From Mobula hypostoma (lineage: Eukaryota): a DNA stretch of 64,000 nt. Where the stretch lies: assembly GCF_963921235.1 (NCBI RefSeq), contig NC_086097.1, forward strand, positions 185,382,001 through 185,446,000, given 5' to 3'. Below the pieces are notes generated by a model, which saw only the letters and a program-made list of their open reading frames with translations, ran no database searches and had not been told where the DNA came from. This document shows, in pieces, positions 24,625-37,139 of this stretch. How positions within the stretch are numbered: position 1 is the stretch's first letter; each line of letters opens with the position of its first letter. Position numbers and translations under genes: made by a program.

Positions 24625-26413
24625 AGAGTAGGGTAAAAGGTCAGCCCTACATTGAGGGCCAGAGAGTTTGTACTGTTCTTTGCTGAGAGTCAATGCCTGG
24701 ACAAATATCTCTAATGACAGAGACTCAGGTTAGATTTCATACCCTACTCTAATATCCTTTCTTAAGTAAGGAGATCAAAACTACATGTTTTGCTGCTCTA
24801 GCAATGTAATAAGTCCTCTTTGCTTCTGTATTTGGAGCCTCGTGTAATGAAGGCCAACATAGCTTTGGCTTCCCAATACACTTCCATGTTTTCTTTTAGT
24901 AACTGGTGTGCAAAGACATCCAGTCCATTAACCTTTCCCAATCACTTGCCATTTAAATTCCCTACCATTCCAACCAAAATAGATAAATTATATTTGCTTG
25001 CTCTTCAAATGAGAAATGGTCAATATTGTTTCAGGCTGTTTCTGGTTATTCAGGCTATGTACTGTAATTGTATTAGTCAAAATGCTCTCCAGTCATCCAA
25101 ATATTTGTGAAAATGGAGTTGGGTCCATTATAAATTGAAAGTATAATGCCTGTTGAAATTTCCACAATATTTATCAGTAATTGACTAGAAAATAATAAAG
25201 TGTGAAAGAAAATTGAACTTAATCATGAAGGATAATGTGCAATTGGAGAAATTATGATTTAGAATTCTGGAAAAGATTGTTTACATGAGACTGCCACCCA
25301 ATACCAATACTCACAACTGGAATCAATCAAGTATTACTATATTTTACTATTTCTTTATAGGATGTGTGTGCTACATACAAGGTTGCATTAACTACAGGTC
25401 CTGAGAAGTAGGTACTGAGCTGCTTAAAGTGCTGCAGAAGATGTAGTCAAAAACTTATCAACACTGTTTTTGAGGAAGTGAGTTCTATAATTTAAACAGG
25501 AATCGTGGATGGTGACATATTTGCACTTCAGAAAGTGTGAGATGAAAGGGATCAGAGGTAGCCATTGCAGAGATATTGTTTCATGCCAACAAGAGAATAC
25601 ATTTTAATAACTTGCCAAGGATCCTTCAACAGCAAATCTTCAGCATGTCAGAAGAGACAGAAAAATGAAAGGATAAAGGGCTTCAATAGCACATTCTGAT
25701 CTGGCAACAAAATAAATTTATAATTCTGTTTTAAAAAATCACAGAACCCCCTTCCTCAGAACATTGTTGGTAAGTTTTTTCCACCATACCATCTGTAGTA
25801 GTTCAGGAAGGTAGCTCACCAACCATTTCTCAGGGGAACATGTCAATAGCACACCTTCAGAGGGATGAAGTTGTACATACAACTAAATGGGTAACAGTGC
25901 CTGTGGAAACTTCACTTTTTCTGGAGATGGCGATGGAAGTCTGCCATATGATCTAGCCTCAAAAGTAGCCAGAGTCATGACAAGGTGACAATTCTGATGT
26001 TCTGATTGTTAGGTGCTTGGGTTGCACAGATTGGAGAAGTGTGTGAAGAAACTTTCACTTGTTATTTGATGATAACCTTCACTGACATTGACCAAATTTG
26101 TGAAATCCAACCTCAGTCTCTGTCATTAGAGATATTTGTCCAGGCATTGACTCTCGGAGCATAGAACAGAACAGGCTCTCTGGCCCTCGATGTAGGGCTG
26201 ACCTTTTGCCCTACTCTAAGATCAATCCTACCCTTCCCTCCCACAGAGATCTCAATTTTCTTTCACCCATGTACTTATCCAATAGTCTCTTAAATGTCTA
26301 ATGAATCTGCCTCTACCAACAACCCTGGCAGCATGTTCCACATAGTTACCACTCTCTGCAAAATGTACCCCCTGCCCATGCTTGCCTCAAGATCAATGTA
26401 AAGTTATGCCCCA

Positions 26414-29400
26414 TTGATTCAAAAAACTTTATTGTCATTCTAACCGTACATCAGCTCTGCAGGGCAGAATGAGACAGCATTTCTCAGGAGCAGTGCAATC
26501 ATAACATAACAAAAACAACACTAAATAATAAACGTAACAATAAATAGTAAAACACAACAGCCACATGTCAGTTAAAATCAGTTACAAGTGTCCAAAGCAG
26601 AGTCAGGTGGAGCAGCTATTTAGCAGTCTGACTGCTTGTGGGAGGAAGCTGTTTAGTAGCCTTGTGGTTTTTGTTTTGATGCTCCTGTAATGTTTGCCTG
26701 ATGGCAGAAGAACGAACAGTTCATGGAGAGGGTGTGAGGGGTCTTTAATGATGTACTGTGTCTTCTGGAGGCATCAACCCTGAAAGAGGTCTTGGACAGA
26801 AGGTAGGGAGACCCCAATAACCTCTGCTCCCCTAACCACCCTCTGTGAGGCATTTTTGTTGACAGCACTGCAGCTGGAGTACCAGGTTGTGATGCAGAAG
26901 GTCAGCGCACACTCAACTATGCCTCTGTAGAATGTAGTTAAGATGTCAGTGGGGAGTGATGCTTGTTTAAGCTTCCTCAGGAAGTGCAATCTCTGCTGGG
27001 CCCGTTTCACAATCCCGGTGGTGTTCCTGGACCAGGTGAGATTGTCTGAGATCTGCACCCCAAGGAACTTGATGTTTTCCACTCTCTCCACTGTGGAGTT
27101 GCTGATGCTGAGGGGTGTGTGCCCAGGCTGAGACAGTCTGAAATCGACAATCATCTCCTTGGTTTTGGTGACATTAAGCATCAAGTTGTTATCTCTGCAC
27201 CATCTCTCTAGGTGTTTGACCTCCTCCCTGTATATAGTTTCATCATTTTTGCTGATAAGCCCCACCACTATGGTATCATCTGCAAATTTAATGATCAGGT
27301 TCTCCTTGAATCTGGCTGCACAGTCATGTGTTAGCAGTGTAAACAGCAATGGGCTAAGCACACAGCCTTGTGGGGATCCAGTGCTCAGTGTGATGGAGTC
27401 AGATGTTCCTGCCAACACGGACTGACTGTGGTCTCCCTGTCAAGAAATCCAGAATCCAGCGACACATGGCAGTGCTAAGGCTAAGCAGCGACAGTTTCTC
27501 CACTAGTCTCTGTGGGATGACGGTATTGAACGCTGAACTGAAATCAATGTACAGGATTCTGGCATAAGTGTCTTTGTCTTCCAAGTGAGAGAGAACTGTG
27601 TGCTGTGTGGTGGATATTGTGTCCTCTAGAGCAATTTGGACGATAAGCAAACTGTAGAGGTTCCAGGGATGAAGGGAGGCTGGCTGTGATATGAGGCTTG
27701 ACAAGCTGTTCAAAACATTTCATCACTATGGGGGTCAGGGCAACGGGACGGTAATCATTCAGACAGGCAACAACTGATTTCTTTGCTACAGGGATGATTA
27801 TGGAGATTTTGAAGCATCTGGGGACAATGGCTTGACTAAGGGAGATGTTGAAAATGTCTGTCAGGACATCTGCTAATACATCAGCACATTCCTTGAGCAC
27901 ATGTCCAGGGATGTTATCGGGACCTCCTGCTTTTTGTGGGTTGACCCTGGCAACGGTCCTCTGTGTTTGCTCTGGATCAATGATTGGAGCCGGCTGGTCA
28001 GATGGTAAAAAGGGACTGGCTCTCCCCCTTGCTGTAGTGTTTGATGCTTTGAAGCGGGCAAATAAATTGTTAAGCCTGTCTGGTAGAGGGGCGTCGCTGT
28101 CTTCAGTTTTCTGCCTGGTCTTGTAGTCTGTCAGAGCTTTAATTCCCTGCCACATCCGTCTGGTGTCACCTGTGTCACAGAAGTGTCCATGTATTTTGCC
28201 CACGTAGGCCCTTTTCGCTTTCCTGATCCCGAGTGAAAGTGCAGACCTGGCTGAGCGAAGCGCACTCCTGTCCCCCGATCTGTAGGCTGTGTCATGGGCC
28301 TTCAGTAGTGAACACACCTCTGTTGTCATCCATGGCTTTTTACAACCACGTGCGGTGAAGGTTTTCATCACAGTGACATCCTCCGTGCATTTGGCTGTGT
28401 AGCTGATTACTGCCTCCGCATACTCTTCAATGTCTGTATGGTCATCATAGGAGGCTGCTGTTTTGAATATATCCCAGTCTGTGTGAAAAAAACAGTCTTG
28501 TAGTGCTGAGGCTGCTCCTTTTGGCCAGACCCTTATCTCTTTTCTCTGCCGTCACACGTTTAAGCAGTGGTTTATATGCTGGTGTTAGCATGACAGATAT
28601 GTGGTCAGAGTGGCCAAGATGGGGGTGGGGGGGCTGCTTTGTATGCCTGTGGTGTGTTGGTATAAACCAAGTCCAGTGTGTTGTCTCCCCTGGTTTTGAA
28701 ATCCACATATTGCCGGAATTTGGGGAACACAGTCTTTAAGCTGGTGTGGTTAAAGTCCCCAGCAATCACCACAAAGCTGTCAGGATGTGTAGTCAGTAGC
28801 TCACTGATGGCTTCATGAAGGCCTCCCAGTGCTTTGTTAGCATTAGCCTTGGCATTGGCACTGGGAGCTACGTAAACAGCTGCCACAAACATGATGGTGA
28901 ATTCCCTCGGCAGATAGAATGGCCGGCATTTCACAATGAGAAATTCAGCCAGTGGTGAGCAGTGTTTAGCAGCTACTGTAGCGTACATACACCAGTCTTT
29001 GCATAAACACAGACCTCCTCCTCTGCTCTTACCGGAGCTAGCTGCCTCTGTCCACACAAAACTGTCATTCCCTCCAGCTGTATCGCCGTGTCCGGTATGT
29101 TGTCATGAAGCCAGGATTCTGTTAAGACATACACACAGCAGTCTTTAAATTCCTTGCGTGCTTCTCAGCAGACGCAGCTCATCCAGCTTGTTGTCGACGG
29201 AGCGGACATTTGAGAGCAGGAGGGACAGTACCGCTGGCCTGGCATGGATGCTGGCCGCCTTACCCCTCCTTTGTCTTCTCTCTCAGCGCTTTCGCTTCCT
29301 CCTCCCTCGGGAAGCAGCCAGCTTGGTAGCAGATAGTAGTCCGTACTGGCATAAACTGTCCCTGTTACACCAGAATTCGTCAGTTTTTCCGACATAGTAT

Positions 29401-29520
29401 GCCCTGATGTTAACGAGCATATTCTGACTCTGTTATGCATCCAGGACAAACAGAACAAACACAAGATACACTTATCACTCCCCGAGGGGCCGCTGCGTCC
29501 ATGCGTACCACCATCTTTAC
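26414..29520 (-). mobile_element. Near full-length Rex1/Babar LINE (APE endonuclease + RT), frameshifted
   Basis: Endonuclease pieces SNVRSVDNKL, FLIVKCRPFYLPREFT..VIAGDFNH..TRGDNTLDLVYTN. RT pieces [59 protein letters not shown]. The 5' end is AAAGATGGTGG. Inserted in a CR1 3' end (26160-26413 / 29521-~29600). Confidence 0.93.
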
Positions 29521-30369
29521 AGGTTGTATTAGCCATTTCACCTGTGGGGAAAAATGTCTTCTGCCATCCACTCTAAATATGCCTTTTATCACCTTTCACC
29601 CAATGTTCCCTCTAATTTGTAATGACCAGTGTTCACAAAAATCTTGTGCTGTGCAATTTTTTGCCTTGTGACAACATGTACACACTAAATTTCATATAGT
29701 TATTCATTTTTGACAGCTAGCTTGACACTGTCAACTGAACTTCAGTCTCCTCTAAGTTTGGTTTTCACTCTCATCTTCACACTCTCAAAGCACATGTAGT
29801 AGACCTGTAGTGGGTAATGAAGGAATTTCTTGCTGGAGCTTTTGCACACCATCCATATGTGATTTGCTTGCTAAATGATGCTTTAAAAAGTCAAGTTTCT
29901 AAATATCACTCCACTTCTTCCCACTGCCTAATTCTCCAGCAACTTTTGTATTGTGACAATACATGCAGGTACCACCATTTTCTGTATTGTACACAAATAT
30001 TTTTCATAGCTGCACATTCCTCCCCTCATGAGCTTTCAGTACAGCAGTTTCTAATGTTTCATTAAGCCACTTGGCATTAAATGGACTAGCAGTTCTTTGG
30101 AGCTTCCTGCCCTTTGCTTCTTTGGAATTTGACATAATAACTCAATTTCTTCAATAAAAGTAGTCAGTTCTAAAATCTACAGACAAATCAACAAACTCCA
30201 TATTGTCAACATCATCCACATCAGAAACCAGTAAAGGACATGATTGTGTATGATTGCGAAATATACTTAACATGCCAACGAAATAGAGGATGACAACCTT
30301 GTGTGCTGTTTAAATTCCTTTCTGCACTAGTAGCAAAAGATGTGCACATGCACACACCTTAGAGGGAAG

Positions 30370-33250
30370 CACACTGGTAAATTTCTTCTGCACATTCTCT
30401 AAAGCTTTCCCCACCTTCTTACATTGAGGGGATCAGAACTGAACACGATACTCCAAGTGTGGTATAACCAGAGATTTATAGAGCTGCAACATTACCTCCC
30501 AGAGCTTGAACTCAATCCCCCAACTTTGAAGACCAACACAAGATGTGCTGAATTCTGCTATTAAACCTGTACCCTGCCTTTCATCTTCCAAGCTGTATCA
30601 ATTCACCCTTTTGTGGATTAAACTCCATGGGCTATTTCTTAGCCTAGCTCTGCATCCTATCCATGTCTCATTGTAAACTGCAATAATCTTCTACACCAAG
30701 GGTTCCTGACTGGGGGCCCCATGGACCCCTCAGTCAATAGTAGGGGTCCATGGTATATATGTATATGGTTGGGCACCCCTGTTCTACACATTGTGCAACA
30801 GCACTAACCTTTTGAGTCACCTGAAAGCTTAGTAACTCACCCTTCCACTTCCAAGTTATTTATAAAAATCTGGAAAAAGTAGGGGTCCCTGAATAGATCC
30901 CCGTGCAACACTGCTGCTCTCTGGTCTCCATCTGCACCACCCTCTGCCTTTTGTGCGTGCACAAGCCAATTCTGATTCTATGCAGCCAGGTTTCTGAGGG
31001 TGCCATCCCTCCTGACTCTTTGAATGTGCCTACTGTAGGCAACTTTATCAAATGCCTCACTAAAATTCATATACACCACACCTACTCTACCTTCATCAAT
31101 TTGGTTCATTAAATTCTTTGAGGAAATGATCAGAATTCCATCTGGCTCCAAGGACTTAACTATGCCAATATTTCTCAAACATTCCAACATTCCAACTTTT
31201 TGTTTAAACCTCAAGATTTTCCAGCACAGTAACCTGTCTTATGCTGTTCTCACATTCAAAGTCCCTCACTAATAAATACTGAAGCAAAATATTCATTAAG
31301 GACTTCCCCCTACCTTCTCTAATTCCTGACATTTTCTTTTATCTATGGTCAATCTAACCCTCTTTAGTCATCCTCCTGTTCATCACATACATGTAGAATG
31401 CCTTGAGGTTGTCCTTATTTCTACTCACGAAGGCATTCACATACCCCTTCAGCTCTTCTAAATTACTTGGCTTTTTCCTGGTTACCTTGTATAATAAATA
31501 TAATAAAAATTTTTTTAAACTCAAGACCCTGGTCTGATACTTGCTTCCTAAACCTTTGTATTCCTCTTGATTAAATGTTCCACCTCTGGTCAAAAATGGT
31601 TCCTTCACCCTGCCACCCTTACACTGCCTCTATGGGACAAACCTATCCAGAATGCCAAAACAATCTCATTTTCATTGTGTAGTCCCCTGAGTATAGCATG
31701 CCCCCAGATTCCTGCCTAATAATATCAGTTTATTCTCCCCTAATCAATACTTTCCCATACTGTCTGCTCCTATCCCCATCCAAGGTTATGGTGAAGTTCA
31801 GGGAGTTGTTGTCACTATCTTTGAAATGTTAACTCACCAAGAGATCTGATACCAGACCAGGTTCATTGCCCATCACCAGATCCAGTATGGCCTCTTTAGT
31901 GGCTTGTCTACACATTTACCAGGAATCCTTCCTGGGCATACCAAACAAATTCCACCCCATCTGAACATTATGAACTAAGGAGGTACTAATTAATATGAGG
32001 GATGTTGAAATCACTATTAACAACAACCCTGTTATTTTTTGCCCCTTTCCAAATTCTGCCTCCTAACTTGACCCTTAGTGTCTCATTTGCTATGGGGGGG
32101 GGGGAGGGGAAACATAGAATACTCCCAGTAGTGATTTCTCACTTCCTGTTTCTGATGTCCACCCCAACTAACTCGATCAACAATCTCTCCACAATGTTCT
32201 CCCTTTCTGCAGCTGTGATGATATCCCTGATTAGCAATGTCACTTGCTCCCCACTTTCACCTCCCTCCCTGCCCCTTTTGAAACATCCAGCAGCAATTCT
32301 TACCCTTGTGACAGCCAAGTTTCTGTAAAGGACTACAATGTTGTAGCTTCATGCACCTATCCATACTCCAAGTTCATTACCTTTGTTCTTGATGCTTATT
32401 GATGTTAAATGGATGCCTTCCATTCCATGCAACTATATCTTATCCACTCCTTGGTCTTCCTCAGTCTCTCTGCATGCTGCATCTACCTTTACATAAATTG
32501 CTTCATCCAGACCTATCACTCTGGATCCCAACATGCTGCCAAAGTAGTTTAATCTCACCCTCCGCACCCCCACCCCCCCAACAGCTCTAGTAAACCTGCC
32601 TGTAAGGTTATTTTCTCCCCACCCTCCCACCCCCCCCCCGAGTTCAGGTGTAACGCATCCTTTTCATACATGTCATACCTGTCCCCAGGAGAAACACCAA
32701 TGATCTATGAATCTGAAATCCTCCCTGCATCAATTTTTCAGCCACACATTCAACTGCCATATCACCCTGTACTTAGTCTTGCTGCACGTGGTCAAGGCAG
32801 CAATCCAGAGATTCCAATCCTCAAAGCCCTGCTTTTCAGCTTCTTGCCTAGCTCCCTGCATTCCCTCTTTTTGAACTTCATCCCTTTTCCTACCCATGTC
32901 ACTGGTACCAATATGCACTAAGACTTCTAGCTGCCTGCCCCTTCCCCTTAAAAATGTGTGAGCCTGATTTGAGACATCCCTGGCCATGGCAACTGGGAAG
33001 CAACAGACCATCTTGGAGGCCCTTTCATGTCCACAGAATTCCTGTCTATTCCCTTGACTGTTAAATCCTCTATCATTGCTGCTGTCCTCTTCTCCAACTT
33101 TCCCCTCTGACCCATAAAGCCAGACTCTGTGCCAGAGACTTGATTGATGTGAATTTCTCCTGTTGGGTTGTCCTCCCTAACAACATCCAAAGTGGTATTT
33201 TTGTCTATCTTCCCTTTCTGTTTCCTTTTCCTGACAGTCATGGGATTGCA
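30370..33250 (-). mobile_element. CR1 LINE, decayed, including ORF1 SGNH remnant (~32590-33080)
   Basis: IDEGRVGVVYMNFSEAFDKV, KDNLKAFYMYV, and MVCCFPVAMARDVS..VLVHIGTSDMGRK. Confidence 0.8.
30697..30781. mobile_element. 85-bp hAT-type MITE
   Basis: Perfect 8-bp TSD TTCTACAC (30689-30696, 30782-30789). Termini CAAGGGTTCC / GGCACCCCTG. Internal hairpin CCATGGACCCCT..AGGGGTCCATGG. Confidence 0.85.
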
Positions 33251-33740
33251 TGGATTATATATCCCCTGATTAGTAGTTCTAGAACAAGAAGCCACAGTCT
33301 CAGGTTACGGTAAGAGATTTGGGCCTGAAGTGAGAATAATTGTCTTCACTATGGTGAATACCTGTAATTCTCAATCACAAGGTAGCAGAGGCTGTCACTT
33401 AAATTGAGAAGGAAATGAATAAATTTCTAAATTCAAAGGATTGAGAGAGTATTGGAGATCTGAGAACATTTGGGAAGAAATTCCAGAGCTTGGACTTGTG
33501 TAGTTAAAGACACAGAAGTCAATGATGGCACAAATAAATTCTGGGGTGACAGTGCAAATAGCCTGATGTAGAGCTGGAGAGACTACATACAGAAAGAGGA
33601 GTGAAGCCACAAGGGAACTTGTGAACAAAATGAGAAGCTTAAAATCATTGCTTCATCTGGAAACAATGTAGGTCGGCAAGCACAGGGCTGACAAATGACC
33701 AAATGCAAATGGTGGCAAAGACAATGGGGTTTTGGTGACA

Positions 33741-34654
33741 AACTCCCTCCCCCCCCTGCATTCTGCAGGGATTGCTCCCTACGCAACTCCCTTGTCCATT
33801 CGTCGTCCCCCCCCCCATCCCTCCCCACTGATCTCCCTCCTGGCACTTATCCGTGTAAGCGGAACAAGTGCTACACATGCCCTTACACTTCCTCCCTCAC
33901 CACCATTCAGGGCCCCAAACAGTCCCTCCAGGTGAGGCAACACTTCACCTGTGAGTCGACTGGGGTGATGTACTGTGTCCGGTGCTCCTGATGTGGCCTT
34001 TTATATATTGGCGAGACCCGACGCAGACTGGGAGACCGCTTTGCTGAACATCTACGCTCTGTCTGTCAGAGAAAGCAAGATCTCCCAGTGGCCACACATT
34101 TTAATTCCACATCCCATTCCCATTCTGACATGTCTATCCACAGCCTCCTCTACTGTAAAGATGAAGCCACACTCAGGTTGGAGGAACAACACCTTGTATT
34201 CCGTCTGGGTAGCCTCCAACCTGATGGCATGAACATCGACTTCTCTAACTTCTGCTAAGGCCCCACCTCCCCCTCATACCCCATCTGTTACTTATTTTTA
34301 TGCACACATTCTTTCTCTCTCTCCTTTTTCTCCCTCTGTCCCTCTGAATATACCTCTTGCCCATCCTCTGGGTGTCCCCCCCCCCCCCCTGCAGTCTTTC
34401 TTCCTGGACCTCCTGTCCCATGATCCTCTCGTATCCCCTTTTGCCTATCACCTGTCCAGCTCTTGGCTCCATCCCTCCCCCTCCTGTCTTCTCCTATCAT
34501 TTTGGATCTCCCCCTCCCCCTCCAACTTTCAAATCCCTTACTCACTCTTCCTTCAGTTAGTCCTGATGAAGGGTCTTGGCCTGAAACGTCGACTGCACCT
34601 CTTCCTACAGATGCTGCCTGGCCTGCTGCGTTCACCAGCAACTTTGTGTGTTGC
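33741..34654 (+). mobile_element. Penelope-like element: GIY-YIG endonuclease C-terminus + pLTR
   Basis: One frame reads PGTYPCKRNKCYTCPY..FTCESTGVMYCVRCS*CGLLYIGETRRRLGDRFAEHL..HFNSTSH..LEEQHLVFRLGSLQPDGMNIDFSNFC*, with one internal stop at 33989 and the terminal stop at 34256-34258. 16-bp TSD TGGGGTTTTGG(TG/CA)ACA at 33725-33740 and 34655-34670. Confidence 0.92.
34559..34594 (+). ncRNA. Minimal type I hammerhead ribozyme motif
   Basis: AGTC-CTGATGA-AGGGTCTTGGCCT-GAAAC-GTC-GACT: stem I AGTC/GACT, core CUGAUGA and GAAA, palindromic ACGU stem III, predicted cleavage after GUC (34590). Confidence 0.85.
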
Positions 34655-35570
34655 TGGGGTTTTGGCAACATCAGATTTACGAATATGAAGCAGGTGAATG
34701 GTAACAGTGTGTGATAAGGTGATGCTTGTATCTGTCTGCAAGATAATATAACTGCCTGTTTTTCTATCTTTCCTTTACCTAACTTGTAAATCTACTCAAA
34801 TTAAGCTACATTTTGAAAACCCTCAAAGGAGCAGTTGAAGGTGAGAAGGAGATGCCTGTCTCAGTGGAAATGTGTTTACTGGAATATAAATACCTTTTTG
34901 CTGTTAGGTTCTCCTTTTTCTCCAGCACACAATCTGTTCAACTCGAGTTGTATTCATTCTTTAAAAAAATAAACATATGCATAAGAATTGAAAAGGTAAC
35001 CGAAGCAAGAGAGAAACAAAGTAAAATAAGCTTGTGAAATTATCTGAAATTCCAAAAAAAGACGTTTCACAATTTGCCATGTTTGCTTTGCAGCAAAATT
35101 CAACAGCTGCAAACACTATGCCCTTTCCAAAAGACAGAACGCTGCAACATTACTTTTAGGACCCAAAGGTAAAAAATATTTCTAGTATTAAAATAATGAC
35201 AACATTTGAGTTCTACCCATACACAAATACTAAATATAAACAAAGCAATTTTCATGCAGCTGGTCTATCTTGCCATGTCTATGGAATGGACATTCTACTT
35301 TAAGACTGCATTTTCTTCAAATTGAGTTGTGGGACAAGCACTCTGTAGTGTAACAGATTATATTGCCTCCATATTGTGCATCATCTTCACTGCAGCTCAC
35401 AGCACTCTATGCTGAAAGTCATAGAAGCTTGCAGTTTCAAATATTATTGATTCCCACATCTTTGTGTTTTGGCTTCTTTGTTCACAACTGAGCAATATAT
35501 TACCAATTGCTGAATGACTTTGGAGTTTCAACCTAAGCTTGAGACTCTTAAATTGTACCTCATGTACAAT

Positions 35571-35980
35571 TGCATGGGCAATGGCTTCGACAAGCCGGCT
35601 AAACCAGGTGAGGGTAGCTGACGGGTCTCAAACCCTCGGTGAGACAGGGAGTTGTCTATCCCAGCATGTGAAGACAGACTCTGGCAGATTGAGTGGACGA
35701 GACCAGAGGAAGGTCCAATGGTCAAGAAAGCGGTCTCTGCAAGCGTCGTGGAACGTGTAGAGCAGGACAAGACACAAGACGTCCTGGTCATCCACTGTGC
35801 CTAGTCCCATCTCCAGCTGTCTAGACTCTGTCTTGCCACTGGATCCAGATGGGAATTGGGAAGAGCGAGGCTGATGCTGTGCAACTCTCCCTCACTTAAA
35901 TCCAAATCACGCGCTAGTCTCGACACCATCATTATGGTGTCGAGGTCCTCATTGACGTCAACGATGGATGAACAACAACA
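35571..35980 (+). mobile_element. Non-autonomous ~410-bp retroposon (RTE-like) with (AAC)n tail
   Basis: 14-bp TSD ACCTCATGTA(C/T)AAT (35557-35570, 35981-35994). 3' hairpin CTCGACACCAT-CATT-ATGGTGTCGAG and (AAC)n tail. Second copy at 1461-1796. No Pol III boxes seen. Confidence 0.85.
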
Positions 35981-36394
35981 ACCTCATGTATAATCAGCCT
36001 TGCTGAATTATTGCTTTGCTACTTTTATGGTAATGTATAGAACCAAAGCATGTTCATTAAATGCAGCTCATATGAAAATTCAAGCCACAAGATACAATTC
36101 CCTGTTTTCCAATGGTTGTGTTTGCTATGTTTTGAGAAACCTGAAACTTTTCAGTGAACTGTTATTGCTTTCATACTCACTTAAATGAATAACTGAATCA
36201 CAATTATTCAATTATGAACCATTATCAATATTTGACCATCCATAATCTCTAGTTTTTTGAGGCTTAATCTTTGCCATTCCCAAATTTTCCTAGAATTGCA
36301 AATACATGCATTATTTTTAAAAAGGAAACTGAATTTTCCATGTAAAACAATCATACAGTATGAAAACATAAACACGAGATTGATTTCCACCGTC

Positions 36395-36975
36395 TGCACA
36401 AAAACAACATGCTGGAAGGACTCAGCGGGTCCAGCAACATGTGTGGAAATAAATAAACAAACTCATTTCAGTTGAGACCTTTCTTCAGGACTAGAAAGGC
36501 AGGGGTAAGATGACAAAATAAGATGGGGAGAGGAGATGGATCAGCAGGAAGGAGATGGTGAAGCCAGGTGGTTGGGAAAGGTAAAGGGTTAGAGAAGAAG
36601 GAATCTGATGGGAGAGGAGAGTATATCATGGGAAAGGGAAGAAGGAGGGGCACCGGGGGAGGTGTTAGGCAGCTGAAGAGAAGAGCTAAGATCCCAGAAT
36701 GGAGAATAGAAGAAAAGCAAAAAGGGAGGGAAAATAATTACCAGAAGGGGAAATCTATATTCATGCTTTCTGGTTGGAGGCTACTTAGAATGTGAGGTAT
36801 TGCTCCTCCATCCTGAGAGTGGCCTTATCATGGCCATGGACCAACATGACAGAACAGGAATAAGATGGTAATTAAAATCGTTGGCATTGGGAAATTACAC
36901 TTTTGGTACATGGAGCAGAGCTACCCGCCTACAACTTGCATTGGATCTCACCAACATAGAGGAGGCTGCATCAGA
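36395..36975 (-). mobile_element. Old Penelope-like element 3' part/pLTR with degenerate hammerhead
   Basis: Minus strand gives TLRMEEQYL..LSSLQPESMNIDF, homologous to the C-terminus at 34170-34258. Degenerate AGTCCTGAAGAAAGGTCTCAACTGAAAT at ~36465-36492. Confidence 0.75.
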
Positions 36976-37139
36976 AGTGCCAGATGCAAAAAAAAAAGTA
37001 CAAAAACAGGTCACTTTTCCCACCGTCCACACTATCCATCAAAAAATAACTTGCACTAATCTTTTGCTAATCCTACTTCATTCTTCCCACATTCTGGTTT
37101 ATGATTTCCAGGATTTACCCCATTACCTTTCTTGAACAA

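Noticed and set aside
25380..25850. Faint similarity to ancient LINE 3' ends in both orientations
   Set aside because: Too degenerate to delimit or classify by eye.
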